A stretch of DNA of 64,000 nucleotides, from assembly GCA_020444275.1 (NCBI GenBank), contig JAHLLG010000002.1:404266-468265 (forward strand). The letters run 5' to 3'. The notes beneath the pieces are model-generated. The model searched no databases and had not been told where the DNA came from. It saw only the letters and a program-made list of their open reading frames with translations. The translations under genes were made by a program, and so were the position numbers. Shown in pieces: positions 18,142 through 27,146 of the stretch (position 1 is the stretch's first letter; every line of letters begins with the position of its first letter). This stretch comes from Bacteroidota bacterium (GTDB lineage: Bacteria; Bacteroidota; Bacteroidia; Bacteroidales; UBA12077).

Positions 18142-19215
18142 TTAGTGTTTGTCACTTAGTTTCTTCTTATCTTTTTTGAAGTTACGAACCATTTTACCAA
18201 ATTCTTTATCTTTCTTTCGCTTTTCGACCACTGTTGATTGGAAGTGAGCTTTTTCTCTTTCCATTTTTAGATAATTATCATAAGCATTTTTATCTAGTTC
18301 GCCATTTTCTAGCGCTTCAATAACTGCACATCCGGTTTCGTTAACATGTTTACAATCTCCGAATTTACAATTTTCAGAAAGCCGGGTAATTTGGTCGAAT
18401 GTAGTATCCAAACCATCTGTTGTATCTGTAATTCCAACTTCACGCATCCCGGGATTATCAATCAATATTCCGCCACTCTCTAAAATAATTAATTCACGGT
18501 GACTTGTAATATGCTTTCCTTTATTGGTGGAATCACTAATGTTACCAGTCTTCATAATCTCCTTACCTGATAAGTTGTTGGATAATGTTGATTTACCAAC
18601 TCCCGATGAGCCAAGCATGCAATAAGTTTTTCCTTTTTCAATAATACTTTTCAGGTCGGTATAACCTTGTTGTGTAATATTGCTTATAGCCAAAACAGAA
18701 ATCTTATGATGTCGCTGCTTTATACTTTTAATAATCTCATGTATTCTCTCACGATCAACTAAATCCGTTTTAGTTAATACAACAATTGGAATTACTCTAG
18801 ATGAATAACATATGGTTAAGTATCTCTCTAACCGATTGATGTTAAAATCACGATCAACGGCCTGAACCACAAAGGCAAAATCTATATTGGCTGCGATTAT
18901 TTGTATTTCGCCATACTGACCTACAGCTTGTCTGCTAAGCATCGAAAAACGAGGAAATACCTTATGAATTATGGCTTGTTCAGTATCATAACTGATAAGT
19001 GCAACCCAATCGCCCACAGCCGGAAAATCTTCACGGTTGTGCGCAGAAAACCTTAAATTACCGGTAATTTCTGCTTCACATTCTCCCTTTTCAGTTTTTA
19101 CAATATATCGCTCTTTATGTTCTGCAATAACGCGTCCAATTTCAAATTCAGTAAGATTATTTTCCTTTCTATATACTTCGAAGGATTTGTTATATCCTAA
19201 ATCTTCTAATTTCAT
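18142..19215 (-). CDS. rsgA: Ribosome small-subunit-dependent GTPase A
   Basis: Circularly permuted GTPase: 'VLTKTDL' (G4) precedes 'GSSGVGKSTLSN' (G1). The C-terminal zinc knuckle is 'CKFGDCKHVNETGCAV'. Confidence 0.9.
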   Translation of the reverse strand: MKLEDLGYNKSFEVYRKENNLTEFEIGRVIAEHKERYIVKTEKGECEAEITGNLRFSAHNREDFPAVGDWVALISYDTEQAIIHKVFPRFSMLSRQAVGQYGEIQIIAANIDFAFVVQAVDRDFNINRLERYLTICYSSRVIPIVVLTKTDLVDRERIHEIIKSIKQRHHKISVLAISNITQQGYTDLKSIIEKGKTYCMLGSSGVGKSTLSNNLSGKEIMKTGNISDSTNKGKHITSHRELIILESGGILIDNPGMREVGITDTTDGLDTTFDQITRLSENCKFGDCKHVNETGCAVIEALENGELDKNAYDNYLKMEREKAHFQSTVVEKRKKDKEFGKMVRNFKKDKKKLSDKH

Positions 19216-19222
19216 TTTCTAA

Positions 19223-19840
19223 TTATTTTAAGTTAGCAATATCTACTTTGGGTTTGCCTTTTTCTTTAAAAGGAAATTGCTTTTCGAACTCTTTCAAAGC
19301 TTCTTCTTGAACATCAAAAGCTTCATCTTCAAAGAATCTTCCTTTAACAGGCTTCAAACTATTTTCATAGAATTCCAGTGCCATAAAAGGATCAAAGTTT
19401 TTATTATTTCTTGTAGATATTTCATATTCTTTTGCATTTTTAAAACCAAATCGATGATAATAGTTTGGATCTCCGAATAAAATCATCCCTTTAAATCCTA
19501 ATTTCTTGGCCTTATCAATAGCGTAATGTATAAGTTTAGAGCCAATTCCTTTTCCCTGAAGCTCAGGAAAAACAGAAATTGGTCCAACACATAATATTTC
19601 ATGCACCTCGTTTTGATCATCGACAACCTTAGCTTTTGTTGATAAAATATGTCCGATGATTTGCTCATTAGCTAAAGCAATCAAATCTAATTCACCAATA
19701 TAGCTATCACTTTTTCTAAGCAGATGCAATACGAGATGTTCTGAGCATCCTGAAGTATATAAATTCCAGAATGTTTCTCTGGTTAAATATTCAGTTGTAT
19801 AATATTCTTTTCTATTGGTTTCTCTTATTTTAATTTCCAT
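19223..19840 (-). CDS. GNAT family N-acetyltransferase
   Basis: 'ELQGKGIGSKLIHYAIDKAKKLGF' acetyl-CoA-binding motif. I set the start at the internal ATG 19840 ('MEIKIRE'), which removes the overlap with the upstream gene. Confidence 0.75.
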   Translation of the reverse strand: MEIKIRETNRKEYYTTEYLTRETFWNLYTSGCSEHLVLHLLRKSDSYIGELDLIALANEQIIGHILSTKAKVVDDQNEVHEILCVGPISVFPELQGKGIGSKLIHYAIDKAKKLGFKGMILFGDPNYYHRFGFKNAKEYEISTRNNKNFDPFMALEFYENSLKPVKGRFFEDEAFDVQEEALKEFEKQFPFKEKGKPKVDIANLK

Positions 19841-19868
19841 GATACAGTTTCTTAAATGTTTATAAGTT

Positions 19869-20423
19869 TTACTCTCTCCAATACTCAGGTTTATCCATAG
19901 CCTTGGCACAAATTATATCTCCTTTTTCTGTTATAAAACCTGTTGAGGTTAAGGATTGAACCATCCATGCATCTTTAACCTCTTCCGGAATGGGATAAGG
20001 AGCAGGATAACCCATTTTTTTGGCATCAGGAATAAAACCATGTTTTGGATAATAGGTAATATGCCCCAATACAAAAACCAGTTTGGAACCCATATCTTTC
20101 AATCTTTTAATACCTTCCTGGATTAACATGCCGCCAATTCCCTGATTTTGATATTCGGGAATAACTGCCAGCGGAGCTAAAATATGAACCAATGTTTCAT
20201 TCTTCATTGAATTGATATAAGCTCTGGTAAACAAGATATGTCCGATAGCTTGCTTATTGTCAAAAGCAAGCAAGGAAAGCACTGGTTCTGCCGATTTATC
20301 TTTTAACAGGTTTGTGGTTAACTGTGCTTCTTCATCACTACCGAATGCTAGTTTTTCAACATGAATAATCTCATTCATATTGTTGAAACTGGTTTCTTTA
20401 ATTTGAATATGTTGTTTTTTCAT
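19869..20423 (-). CDS. GNAT family N-acetyltransferase (paralog of neighbour)
   Basis: 'EYQNQGIGGMLIQEGIKRLKDMG' motif. The likely start is 'MKKQHIQIKE' at 20423. Confidence 0.75.
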   Translation of the reverse strand: MKKQHIQIKETSFNNMNEIIHVEKLAFGSDEEAQLTTNLLKDKSAEPVLSLLAFDNKQAIGHILFTRAYINSMKNETLVHILAPLAVIPEYQNQGIGGMLIQEGIKRLKDMGSKLVFVLGHITYYPKHGFIPDAKKMGYPAPYPIPEEVKDAWMVQSLTSTGFITEKGDIICAKAMDKPEYWRE

Positions 20424-20546
20424 TGTACTTAAAATTAGACTACACAAATATAAAGTGCAAGTGTGCAGTTAATGAATTTAAATGATTTTTAATTATATAT
20501 AAGTGATTATTAAAGCATTAGAGAAACAATGCTTTATAAAATATTC

Positions 20547-20574
20547 GACAGGTGTAAACGTATAATTACCTGTC
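20547..20574 (-). terminator. Candidate terminator hairpin
   Basis: GACAGGT-(14 nt)-ACCTGTC. On the minus strand it is followed by GAATATTTTAT. A second hairpin, AAAGCATT/AATGCTTT, lies at 20512-20535. Confidence 0.4.
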
Positions 20575-20645
20575 TGTTAAACCAGCTCCGAAGTGCTTGA
20601 AGTATGTACGAAATTTTTAATCATCCGGTGCAAAGATAATAATCT

Positions 20646-21065
20646 TTAGATTTTATTCTCCAGGTTGTTTAATAAATTTTCAACTTCGAGTACATTTAAT
20701 TTAAGATTTAATTGCTTAACAGCGCCTTCAACTGTTGAGCAATAATTATCAGTAAAGCCTCTGGTGTGTAATTCTTCTTTATATAAATGCGCAAGAGCAG
20801 TTGCAAAGGGATTAGTTACAATGCGCACATGATCATATTTCTTCTGTATACTTTTTTCTCTAATCTCCGCCAGTTCTTTTATTTGCTCTGTAGTTAGATC
20901 AGAAATTACCTCTCTAAAATCGGATAATACTTTATGAACTGAATTAAAATTTCCCTTGAGTTTAAATTCATCAATTGAATGTTTATAATCATTTAATGAC
21001 CAATTACCGCTAAATTTAAGTAACAGCAGTTTTTCATCTTTAATTATTTGGTATTCAATTTTCAT
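20646..21065 (-). CDS. Hypothetical protein (possibly STAS/SpoIIAA-like)
   Basis: 139-aa ORF with no signal peptide and only a weak resemblance to STAS-type domains. No motif I can name. Confidence 0.45.
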   Translation of the reverse strand: MKIEYQIIKDEKLLLLKFSGNWSLNDYKHSIDEFKLKGNFNSVHKVLSDFREVISDLTTEQIKELAEIREKSIQKKYDHVRIVTNPFATALAHLYKEELHTRGFTDNYCSTVEGAVKQLNLKLNVLEVENLLNNLENKI

Positions 21066-21258
21066 ATACCAGGAAATTAGATAATATAAATGTATTAAAT
21101 AATTTCCTGATAGTCAATACAGTAATTTACTTAAGAATACGAATTTAATTATACATTAAACAGGTAATATTATATTCAGTTCTTTCTTTTATCAATAAAC
21201 ACAACAAGTTTGTTATCAAGAAAGTAAAATATGCTAAACAGACATAGATTTAAAATAG

Positions 21259-22122
21259 TTAATTTTTTACACATCGAATATAATACTCGAAATATTCACT
21301 ATCTTCATATACATCAACGTAGTAACTAAATTGATAATACTTATTATTATAAAAAAGACTAAAATGAACTGGATGTTGAAAAGATTCAATAGTGCTTGTC
21401 CAAAATGAAGTTAGTTCTCCTATACCTTGAAAAGATGATGGACATTCTCCTCCAGGTAGAGCTGAGAATCCACTGCCATTAGTATTTTTTAAGTAATTTT
21501 GCCACAAAGTTGTATCAGATTTTAAGGCATTACCTGGTTCATCACCAATATAATTTATTAAAGTTTCATATTCCTTTCTACTAGGTAAGTGCCAGCCATC
21601 CGGACATGCATTTATAGCTGCAGCATAATTGTACAGAAGCCCATATACATTAGCATTTTCTTCGCTCCACCTATATGCAGTACTTCCTTCTGTTTCATAG
21701 TTAAGATTTTCAGCCATCCACCATTGATTACCAATCTTAACCGTTTTGTAAATTTTACCATCTCTTGTATCCTGAAGGTTTCCAGTAGTTGGAGTAACCT
21801 TAATATAATCTTGCTTTTCAGTATGGTCTCCCCCTTTTTCATTTTTTGCATATAGGGAGACCGTATAATTCCCGGCAAGTTTATAAGTATGAGAGGGATT
21901 TTGTGTTTCAGATGTTGAGTTATCTCCAAAATCCCAATTCCAACCTGTCGGATTATTTTGAGAGATATCGGTGAAATTTACGTTTTCGCCCATTTTAATA
22001 TCCGTTTTATCAGCAACAAATTCTGATTCTGGTACTTTTACTTCATCTTCGTTATTACATCCGATATTTACGATTAATAAACTAATGATTGCAAAACTTA
22101 ATTTAAACTTTCTCATAATCAA
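21259..22122 (-). CDS. Lipoprotein with PKD domain and Fibrobacter-succinogenes-major-paralogous (Fib_succ/TIGR02145-type) domain
   Basis: Lipobox 'IVNIGC'. PKD 'WNWDFGDNSTSETQNPSHTYKLAGNYTVSL'. Fib_succ motifs 'DTRDGKIYKTVKIGNQWWMAENL', 'CPDGWHLPS' and 'NGSGFSALPGG'. Confidence 0.8.
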   Translation of the reverse strand: MIMRKFKLSFAIISLLIVNIGCNNEDEVKVPESEFVADKTDIKMGENVNFTDISQNNPTGWNWDFGDNSTSETQNPSHTYKLAGNYTVSLYAKNEKGGDHTEKQDYIKVTPTTGNLQDTRDGKIYKTVKIGNQWWMAENLNYETEGSTAYRWSEENANVYGLLYNYAAAINACPDGWHLPSRKEYETLINYIGDEPGNALKSDTTLWQNYLKNTNGSGFSALPGGECPSSFQGIGELTSFWTSTIESFQHPVHFSLFYNNKYYQFSYYVDVYEDSEYFEYYIRCVKN

Positions 22123-22221
22123 TTATTTATATTTTAATTCTTTCTTTCTTTTTTTAATAAATACAATAGTTATAATTCTAAATACCTAGAAAATTTAGCT
22201 AAACAAACTTTTCTTATTTGT

Positions 22222-23085
22222 TTAATCCTTTACACAACGAATATAAAATTTAGTCTCATCACTATAGTAGTACTGGTCTATATAATGCACGAATTCGCAT
22301 ATAGAATTATGATCCCAGATTTCAAGATGAACTGGATTAGATCCAACTGTATTAGCAGTCCAAAAAGCTGCACATTCTCCCAATCCTCCCCAAAATGCAC
22401 CGCTTAAATATCCTCCAGGTAATGCTGAGAATCCACTTCCATTAGTATTATTTGAATACGATTTCCATAGGGTTGTGTCTTTTTTTAGTGCATTACCCGG
22501 ATCTGATCCAATATAATTTATTAATGTTTCGTATTCAGTTTTACTTGGTAAATGCCAACCTTCTGGACAGGCTTCATTTGATTCAGAAAAACTATATAGA
22601 AAACCATATAATTCTCCATATTCTTCACTTAATCTGTATGCAATGCAACCATCAGTTTCGTATTTTAAGTTTTCAGCCATCCACCATTGTCTACCAATCT
22701 TAACCGTTTTGTAAATTTTACCATCTCTTGTATCCTGAAGGTTTCCAGTAGTTGGAGTAACCTTAATATAATCTTGCTTTTCAGTATGGTCTCCCCCTTT
22801 TTCATTTTTTGCATATAGGGAGACCGTATAATTCCCGGCAAGTTTATAAGTATGAGAGGGATTTTGTGTTTCAGATGTGGAGTTATCTCCAAAATCCCAG
22901 TTCCATCCTGTCGGATTATTTTGAGAGATATCGGTGAAATTTACATTTTCACCCATTTTAATATCCGTTTTATCAGCAACAAATTCTGATTCTGGCACTT
23001 TTACTTCATCTTCGTTATCACATCCGATACTTACAATTACTAAACTAATAATAGCAAAACTTAATTTAAACTTTCTCATAATCAT
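22222..23085 (-). CDS. Lipoprotein with PKD domain and Fib_succ-type domain (tandem paralog)
   Basis: Same architecture and the same 287-aa length as 21259..22122. Confidence 0.8.
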   Translation of the reverse strand: MIMRKFKLSFAIISLVIVSIGCDNEDEVKVPESEFVADKTDIKMGENVNFTDISQNNPTGWNWDFGDNSTSETQNPSHTYKLAGNYTVSLYAKNEKGGDHTEKQDYIKVTPTTGNLQDTRDGKIYKTVKIGRQWWMAENLKYETDGCIAYRLSEEYGELYGFLYSFSESNEACPEGWHLPSKTEYETLINYIGSDPGNALKKDTTLWKSYSNNTNGSGFSALPGGYLSGAFWGGLGECAAFWTANTVGSNPVHLEIWDHNSICEFVHYIDQYYYSDETKFYIRCVKD

Positions 23086-23108
23086 TTAATTTGGTTAATT
23101 TATTTCGA

Positions 23109-24419
23109 TTATTTTTTTCTTTTATCAATAAACACAACCGGCTTACGTTTTAATTCAGGGAATTTAACTTTGTTAATGTCCTCTTTTGATTCGAACTGAA
23201 TGGTTGGGGCCACTCTTAACTTAGCTCTAAACCGGTCTTTAATTAATTTTTCAAAATTATCTGGTTTATAGCCATTGGTAGCAATTCTAATAAGAATATC
23301 ATCGGTTCCGATTTGGTTTGTAGACACTTCAATAATGTAGTTCTCGATACCTTTCATATCGTTTAGGATATCATATAGTGCAGGAGGGTAGAGCGTAGTT
23401 CCTTTATATTTTATCATTTCGTTTTTACGACCGATAACCGGACCTAAACGCATTGAATTTCGTCCACATTTACATGCTTCAGTATGGTGTTCCACAATAT
23501 CGCCGGTTTTAAAACGGATTAATGGCATTCCTTCTACTCCAAGTGTGGTGATTACCAATTCACCCGGTTCACCATCTTTTACAGGATTGTTATATTCATC
23601 TACAAATTCTGTAATGAGCAGTTCAGGGCGGTGATGACCACCAATTCCTTGCCCACATTCAGCAAATGCAGCACCCATTTCAGTAGATGCATAGGTAGAG
23701 TACAGTTTAATATCCCATTTATCCTTGATTCGTTGTCCTAATGTATTTAAAGTAAAGTCAGGATTTCTCAACGCTTCACCAATGCAAATAGCTTTTTTAA
23801 TACTTGAGTTTTTATAGTCAATACCATTTGCTTCGGCATATTCAATTAGTTTCAATATAAATGAAGGTACGGCTACCAAAGCATTGGGTTTGATTCTTCG
23901 TATGGTATCCCATTGCAGCTCTATCATTCCGTTTCCAACCCGAACCATTCCTGCTCCTAATTTTTTAATTCCAAGAAAGTAGGCTAAACCGGCCATAAAT
24001 CTTCTGTCCAGTGTTACCATTAGTTGGTAAATATCTTCCGGATTTCCATTGGAACATTTAAAAGAAATGTATTCGTTGTATGCTAATCGCTCCAGATCGG
24101 CATCTGTCATAGCAAAAGTTACCGGATCGCCTAATGTTCCCGAAGTGGTAATATAATCAACAATCTGTTTACGATCAACACAGATAAAATCATCGTTTTG
24201 CTCGTATAAATCATCTTTGGTTGTAAAAGGAAGCTTTTGCAGATCTTTCAAAGTTTTTATTGCATTTATATCGATATTCGACTCTTTAAACTGCTCCGAA
24301 TAGAACTTTGAATTCTTGTTTACATACTGTAGAATATCTCTAAGTTGTTCTTCCTGATACTGTTTTATCTCTTCTTTTGATTTGTGATCTATATCTTCCG
24401 GAAACTTTTTCATTTTCAA
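23109..24419 (-). CDS. Phenylacetate-CoA ligase (PaaK)-like adenylate-forming enzyme
   Basis: 436 aa. AMP-binding 'TTSGTLGDPVTF' and 'YASTEMG', with overall PaaK/F390-synthetase-like length and layout. Confidence 0.8.
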   Translation of the reverse strand: MKMKKFPEDIDHKSKEEIKQYQEEQLRDILQYVNKNSKFYSEQFKESNIDINAIKTLKDLQKLPFTTKDDLYEQNDDFICVDRKQIVDYITTSGTLGDPVTFAMTDADLERLAYNEYISFKCSNGNPEDIYQLMVTLDRRFMAGLAYFLGIKKLGAGMVRVGNGMIELQWDTIRRIKPNALVAVPSFILKLIEYAEANGIDYKNSSIKKAICIGEALRNPDFTLNTLGQRIKDKWDIKLYSTYASTEMGAAFAECGQGIGGHHRPELLITEFVDEYNNPVKDGEPGELVITTLGVEGMPLIRFKTGDIVEHHTEACKCGRNSMRLGPVIGRKNEMIKYKGTTLYPPALYDILNDMKGIENYIIEVSTNQIGTDDILIRIATNGYKPDNFEKLIKDRFRAKLRVAPTIQFESKEDINKVKFPELKRKPVVFIDKRKK

Positions 24420-24470
24420 AAATATTTGGAACCTTCAAATTTAATATCTTAAAAATAAAAGCATAAAAAA

Positions 24471-24494
24471 ACCGGGAATTATTTTTGTCCCGGT
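24471..24494 (-). terminator. Rho-independent terminator (minus strand)
   Basis: ACCGGGA/TCCCGGT hairpin. On the minus strand it is followed by TTTTTTTATGC. It lies downstream of the TPR gene. Confidence 0.65.
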
Positions 24495-24507
24495 TTTATA
24501 ATCAGAT

Positions 24508-25383
24508 TTATTTTGCTCGTTTTTCGTAGTATGCTGCTTTTTGTTCGTCTTTGTATCTTGTGTAGATTTGCGACAGGAATTTAGCATATTCTGGTTTTGG
24601 GTCCATTTTATACAATTTTAAGTAGAGGTCTCTGGACTTTTGATAATTCGGCCAAACCTGTTCAAGTGCTTTGAGTAATTTATTATACTGGCTTCTGGTT
24701 CTGTTCTTTTGGTAAGCACTCATTTCCTTTACATAAAGGTTTTCTGCCAACCAGAAATATTTTTCAGCATAATATTCAAGAAATACAATGTTATCAGGAT
24801 CCAGCTTGTAAATTTTTTGTGCAAGCTCTTCGCAAGTGGAAGAGTTTTCAAGGTTTTTATTTACAATCAGAAAGTTTGCTAACATATCAGCATTGGTCTG
24901 AGCTTGTTTTTCAATGCTTGGCCAAAGTTCCACTGCATAATCCCAGTTTTCGCTTTCTACATACGTTTCCAATAATCTTGCATTAACCTTTTCTATTTCT
25001 TCACCCTCCGGATATTTTTTATGATAAGTTTCTAATGCAGTTATTTCTTTGGATAGATTATCAATGGTTTTATATATTTTTGCTAGCGTAGCGTATAGTT
25101 CTGGTGTAGAGTATTGTAAGCCTCTGGCTGATTCAAGATATTTTCGGGCTTTATCTGTTTGTTCTAGCTTAAATGCTGCTAAACCTGCTTTCTCATATAT
25201 CGTAGCTTTTGCTTTTTTACCTGCATTTTCTTTGCTTTCGATAATCTGATCGTATGCTTTTAAAGCTTCTTCGTAGTTACCTTCTGTATACTTTAGATTT
25301 CCTTCTTCTGCTAGTTTTGTTGATGCACACGAATATGCAATAAAAGTGATAAGTACTAATTTTAGAATATTAGATAATTTCAT
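24508..25383 (-). CDS. TPR-repeat lipoprotein
   Basis: Lipobox-like 'FIAYSC'. Repeated Ala/Tyr/Leu helical TPR-like patterns ('YEEALKAYDQII', 'AEKYFWLAENLY'). Confidence 0.6.
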   Translation of the reverse strand: MKLSNILKLVLITFIAYSCASTKLAEEGNLKYTEGNYEEALKAYDQIIESKENAGKKAKATIYEKAGLAAFKLEQTDKARKYLESARGLQYSTPELYATLAKIYKTIDNLSKEITALETYHKKYPEGEEIEKVNARLLETYVESENWDYAVELWPSIEKQAQTNADMLANFLIVNKNLENSSTCEELAQKIYKLDPDNIVFLEYYAEKYFWLAENLYVKEMSAYQKNRTRSQYNKLLKALEQVWPNYQKSRDLYLKLYKMDPKPEYAKFLSQIYTRYKDEQKAAYYEKRAK

Positions 25384-25457
25384 GATTTTCTATTTTAATG
25401 AGGTGGACAAAAATAAGATAAATTTTTATTCTTAAAAATTGCGATTGGCAAGTGCAA

Positions 25458-27146
25458 TTATTCAATAACCTCGTTAAGCTTTTCCTGAATGCTTTCTCTT
25501 TGATAAATATTGGGTATTTCTTTTGAAAGCGCTTTTTTATAAGCTAAAATGGATTTATCTGCTATGTTAAAATGATTGAAATAATCTCCTATATAAACGT
25601 ATGTTTCAAAGAATTCTGGATTCTTCTGTATGATCTCACTCATTAACACATCTTCGTTAGCGATGCGTTGGCTTGTCTTAATTGATCTTTTAATTTGATC
25701 TCTAATTTCTTTAAAACGATTAAAATCTTGAAACTGCTGAGAATACAAAAAACTATCGGCAGGAATTGTTAAATCACTTTCGTAGATTATTTTCTTAGCA
25801 TGACGATTTTCAGCATCCGCAAAAACTTGGTTAAGATCATAACATACATATTCACCAAGCTGGAATGGTGAGGTAGAAACCCAAACTTTCAGTTCTTCGG
25901 GTTTAAAGATAATCGAATGGTGAGCTATGAGTTGATTCACTGCTTTTTCATTTCCCATTCCAATGTTTTCATCCTGTAATCCTTTTTGATCGCGCAATAT
26001 TTCAGCTACATTTTTAACATTTAATTTAGGGTTTTGACTTAAAAGCTCTTCAACCCGCTCTAAACGATAGGTTGTGGCGTAATCAGAGATATCAGCTTTT
26101 TTATAGATATCTTTCTTCATCTCTTTACTCTGGAAATGATTGCTACATATAATATAGTCATTTGATGTTTCAAACAGTGCTTGCTGATCCGGTGATTTCT
26201 CAATAGTAGCTGTTTTGCCATCTTTTGCAGAACCAATAAATAACGACTCAGATACAAACATTTTACGCTTTTCTGCAATTTTATAAGCTTCTTCAATGGT
26301 TGATGCGTACTGAAGAATTTCTCTAGCTACCAATGATACAGGAGTGGCAGCACCAAACGGTATATCCGATTTTGCTGCGTTCAGTGTAACGGTTAATCCC
26401 TGATCGTTCATTCCAGATGTTGCACCAATCATTCCACCCCAGGTTACAATCATAAATTTATGTCCTTTTTCAGGATTACAGAACATAATGATCTTATCTT
26501 CGGCAAATTCATCACCCACATAAAAATCAAAGTTTCTGCCAATAATCAATGAACTGTCTGCTGATTTTGAATCCCAACCCGAAAATGCTGTACATGCAAC
26601 CAGGTTCATATTCTGTAAGGCATGACCAATGTCGTGTGCTGCGTGGTAATTTAAGATCCTATGGTAATTCGTACCGATAAAATCAAACTTCTCTGATGCC
26701 GATTGTGAAATTCCATAAATCTCTTTTTGATATTCAGGAATTACATGTTTATCGATATTTCTGTTAAAAAAGCCTATAAAGCTTTTGAGAAATTTTAAAT
26801 ATGATTCTGAAGGAATCATTACTTTTATTTGATTTACAAAAGCGTCTTCCTGCTTGAAAATTAAATCTTTGGATAGTTTACCATTAATAACACCACGTTC
26901 ATAAGCTTCGCCTTCAATATACATTTCCCAAAGCCCATAATCGTTTTTTTGTAACCAATTTTTATTTAAGGAGCGAAACAGAGAATCTGTTTGGGTTACA
27001 TTCAAACTTTCTAATTCTGTGCTACTCACCTCAGGTGGGTTTACTTTAGTAATGATTTCAAAAATGACAGTTAAAACAATAACCATGAATAAAATCCAAA
27101 GTAGTGTATTTAACAATGCCCTTGCTATTATCTTTATTTTATGCAT
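25458..27146 (-). CDS. C45 family peptidase / acyl-CoA:6-APA acyltransferase-like protein with N-terminal TM anchor
   Basis: 562 aa. N-terminal TM helix, a candidate Ntn-type nucleophile context 'NLVACTAFSGWD', and a C-terminal TPR-like tail. This family recurs in flexirubin/APE loci. Confidence 0.65.
   Translation of the reverse strand: MHKIKIIARALLNTLLWILFMVIVLTVIFEIITKVNPPEVSSTELESLNVTQTDSLFRSLNKNWLQKNDYGLWEMYIEGEAYERGVINGKLSKDLIFKQEDAFVNQIKVMIPSESYLKFLKSFIGFFNRNIDKHVIPEYQKEIYGISQSASEKFDFIGTNYHRILNYHAAHDIGHALQNMNLVACTAFSGWDSKSADSSLIIGRNFDFYVGDEFAEDKIIMFCNPEKGHKFMIVTWGGMIGATSGMNDQGLTVTLNAAKSDIPFGAATPVSLVAREILQYASTIEEAYKIAEKRKMFVSESLFIGSAKDGKTATIEKSPDQQALFETSNDYIICSNHFQSKEMKKDIYKKADISDYATTYRLERVEELLSQNPKLNVKNVAEILRDQKGLQDENIGMGNEKAVNQLIAHHSIIFKPEELKVWVSTSPFQLGEYVCYDLNQVFADAENRHAKKIIYESDLTIPADSFLYSQQFQDFNRFKEIRDQIKRSIKTSQRIANEDVLMSEIIQKNPEFFETYVYIGDYFNHFNIADKSILAYKKALSKEIPNIYQRESIQEKLNEVIE

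Larger units (their letters stand above)
21259..23085 (-). repeat. Tandem gene duplication (963-nt register) with a near-identical 5' block
   Basis: 21707-22122 aligns to 22670-23085 without indels and with only scattered mismatches. This includes a perfect 187-nt run (21729-21915 = 22692-22878, manual comparison). The 3' halves are strongly diverged. Confidence 0.85.

Noticed and set aside
19840-20447. 41-nt overlap of the two GNAT ORFs, which could suggest a frameshifted or fused pseudogene
   Set aside because: Each ORF has an internal ATG ('MEIKIRE' at 19840, 'MKKQHIQ' at 20423). These give normal GNAT N-termini and a 28-nt intergenic gap. Both genes look intact.
23086-23108. Whether the PKD/Fib_succ lipoprotein genes are functional members of the pigment cluster
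   Set aside because: The only support is proximity (a 23-nt gap with no visible terminator). Such lipoproteins are multi-copy surface proteins in Bacteroidota with no known role in polyene biosynthesis. I noted this under the duplication finding instead.
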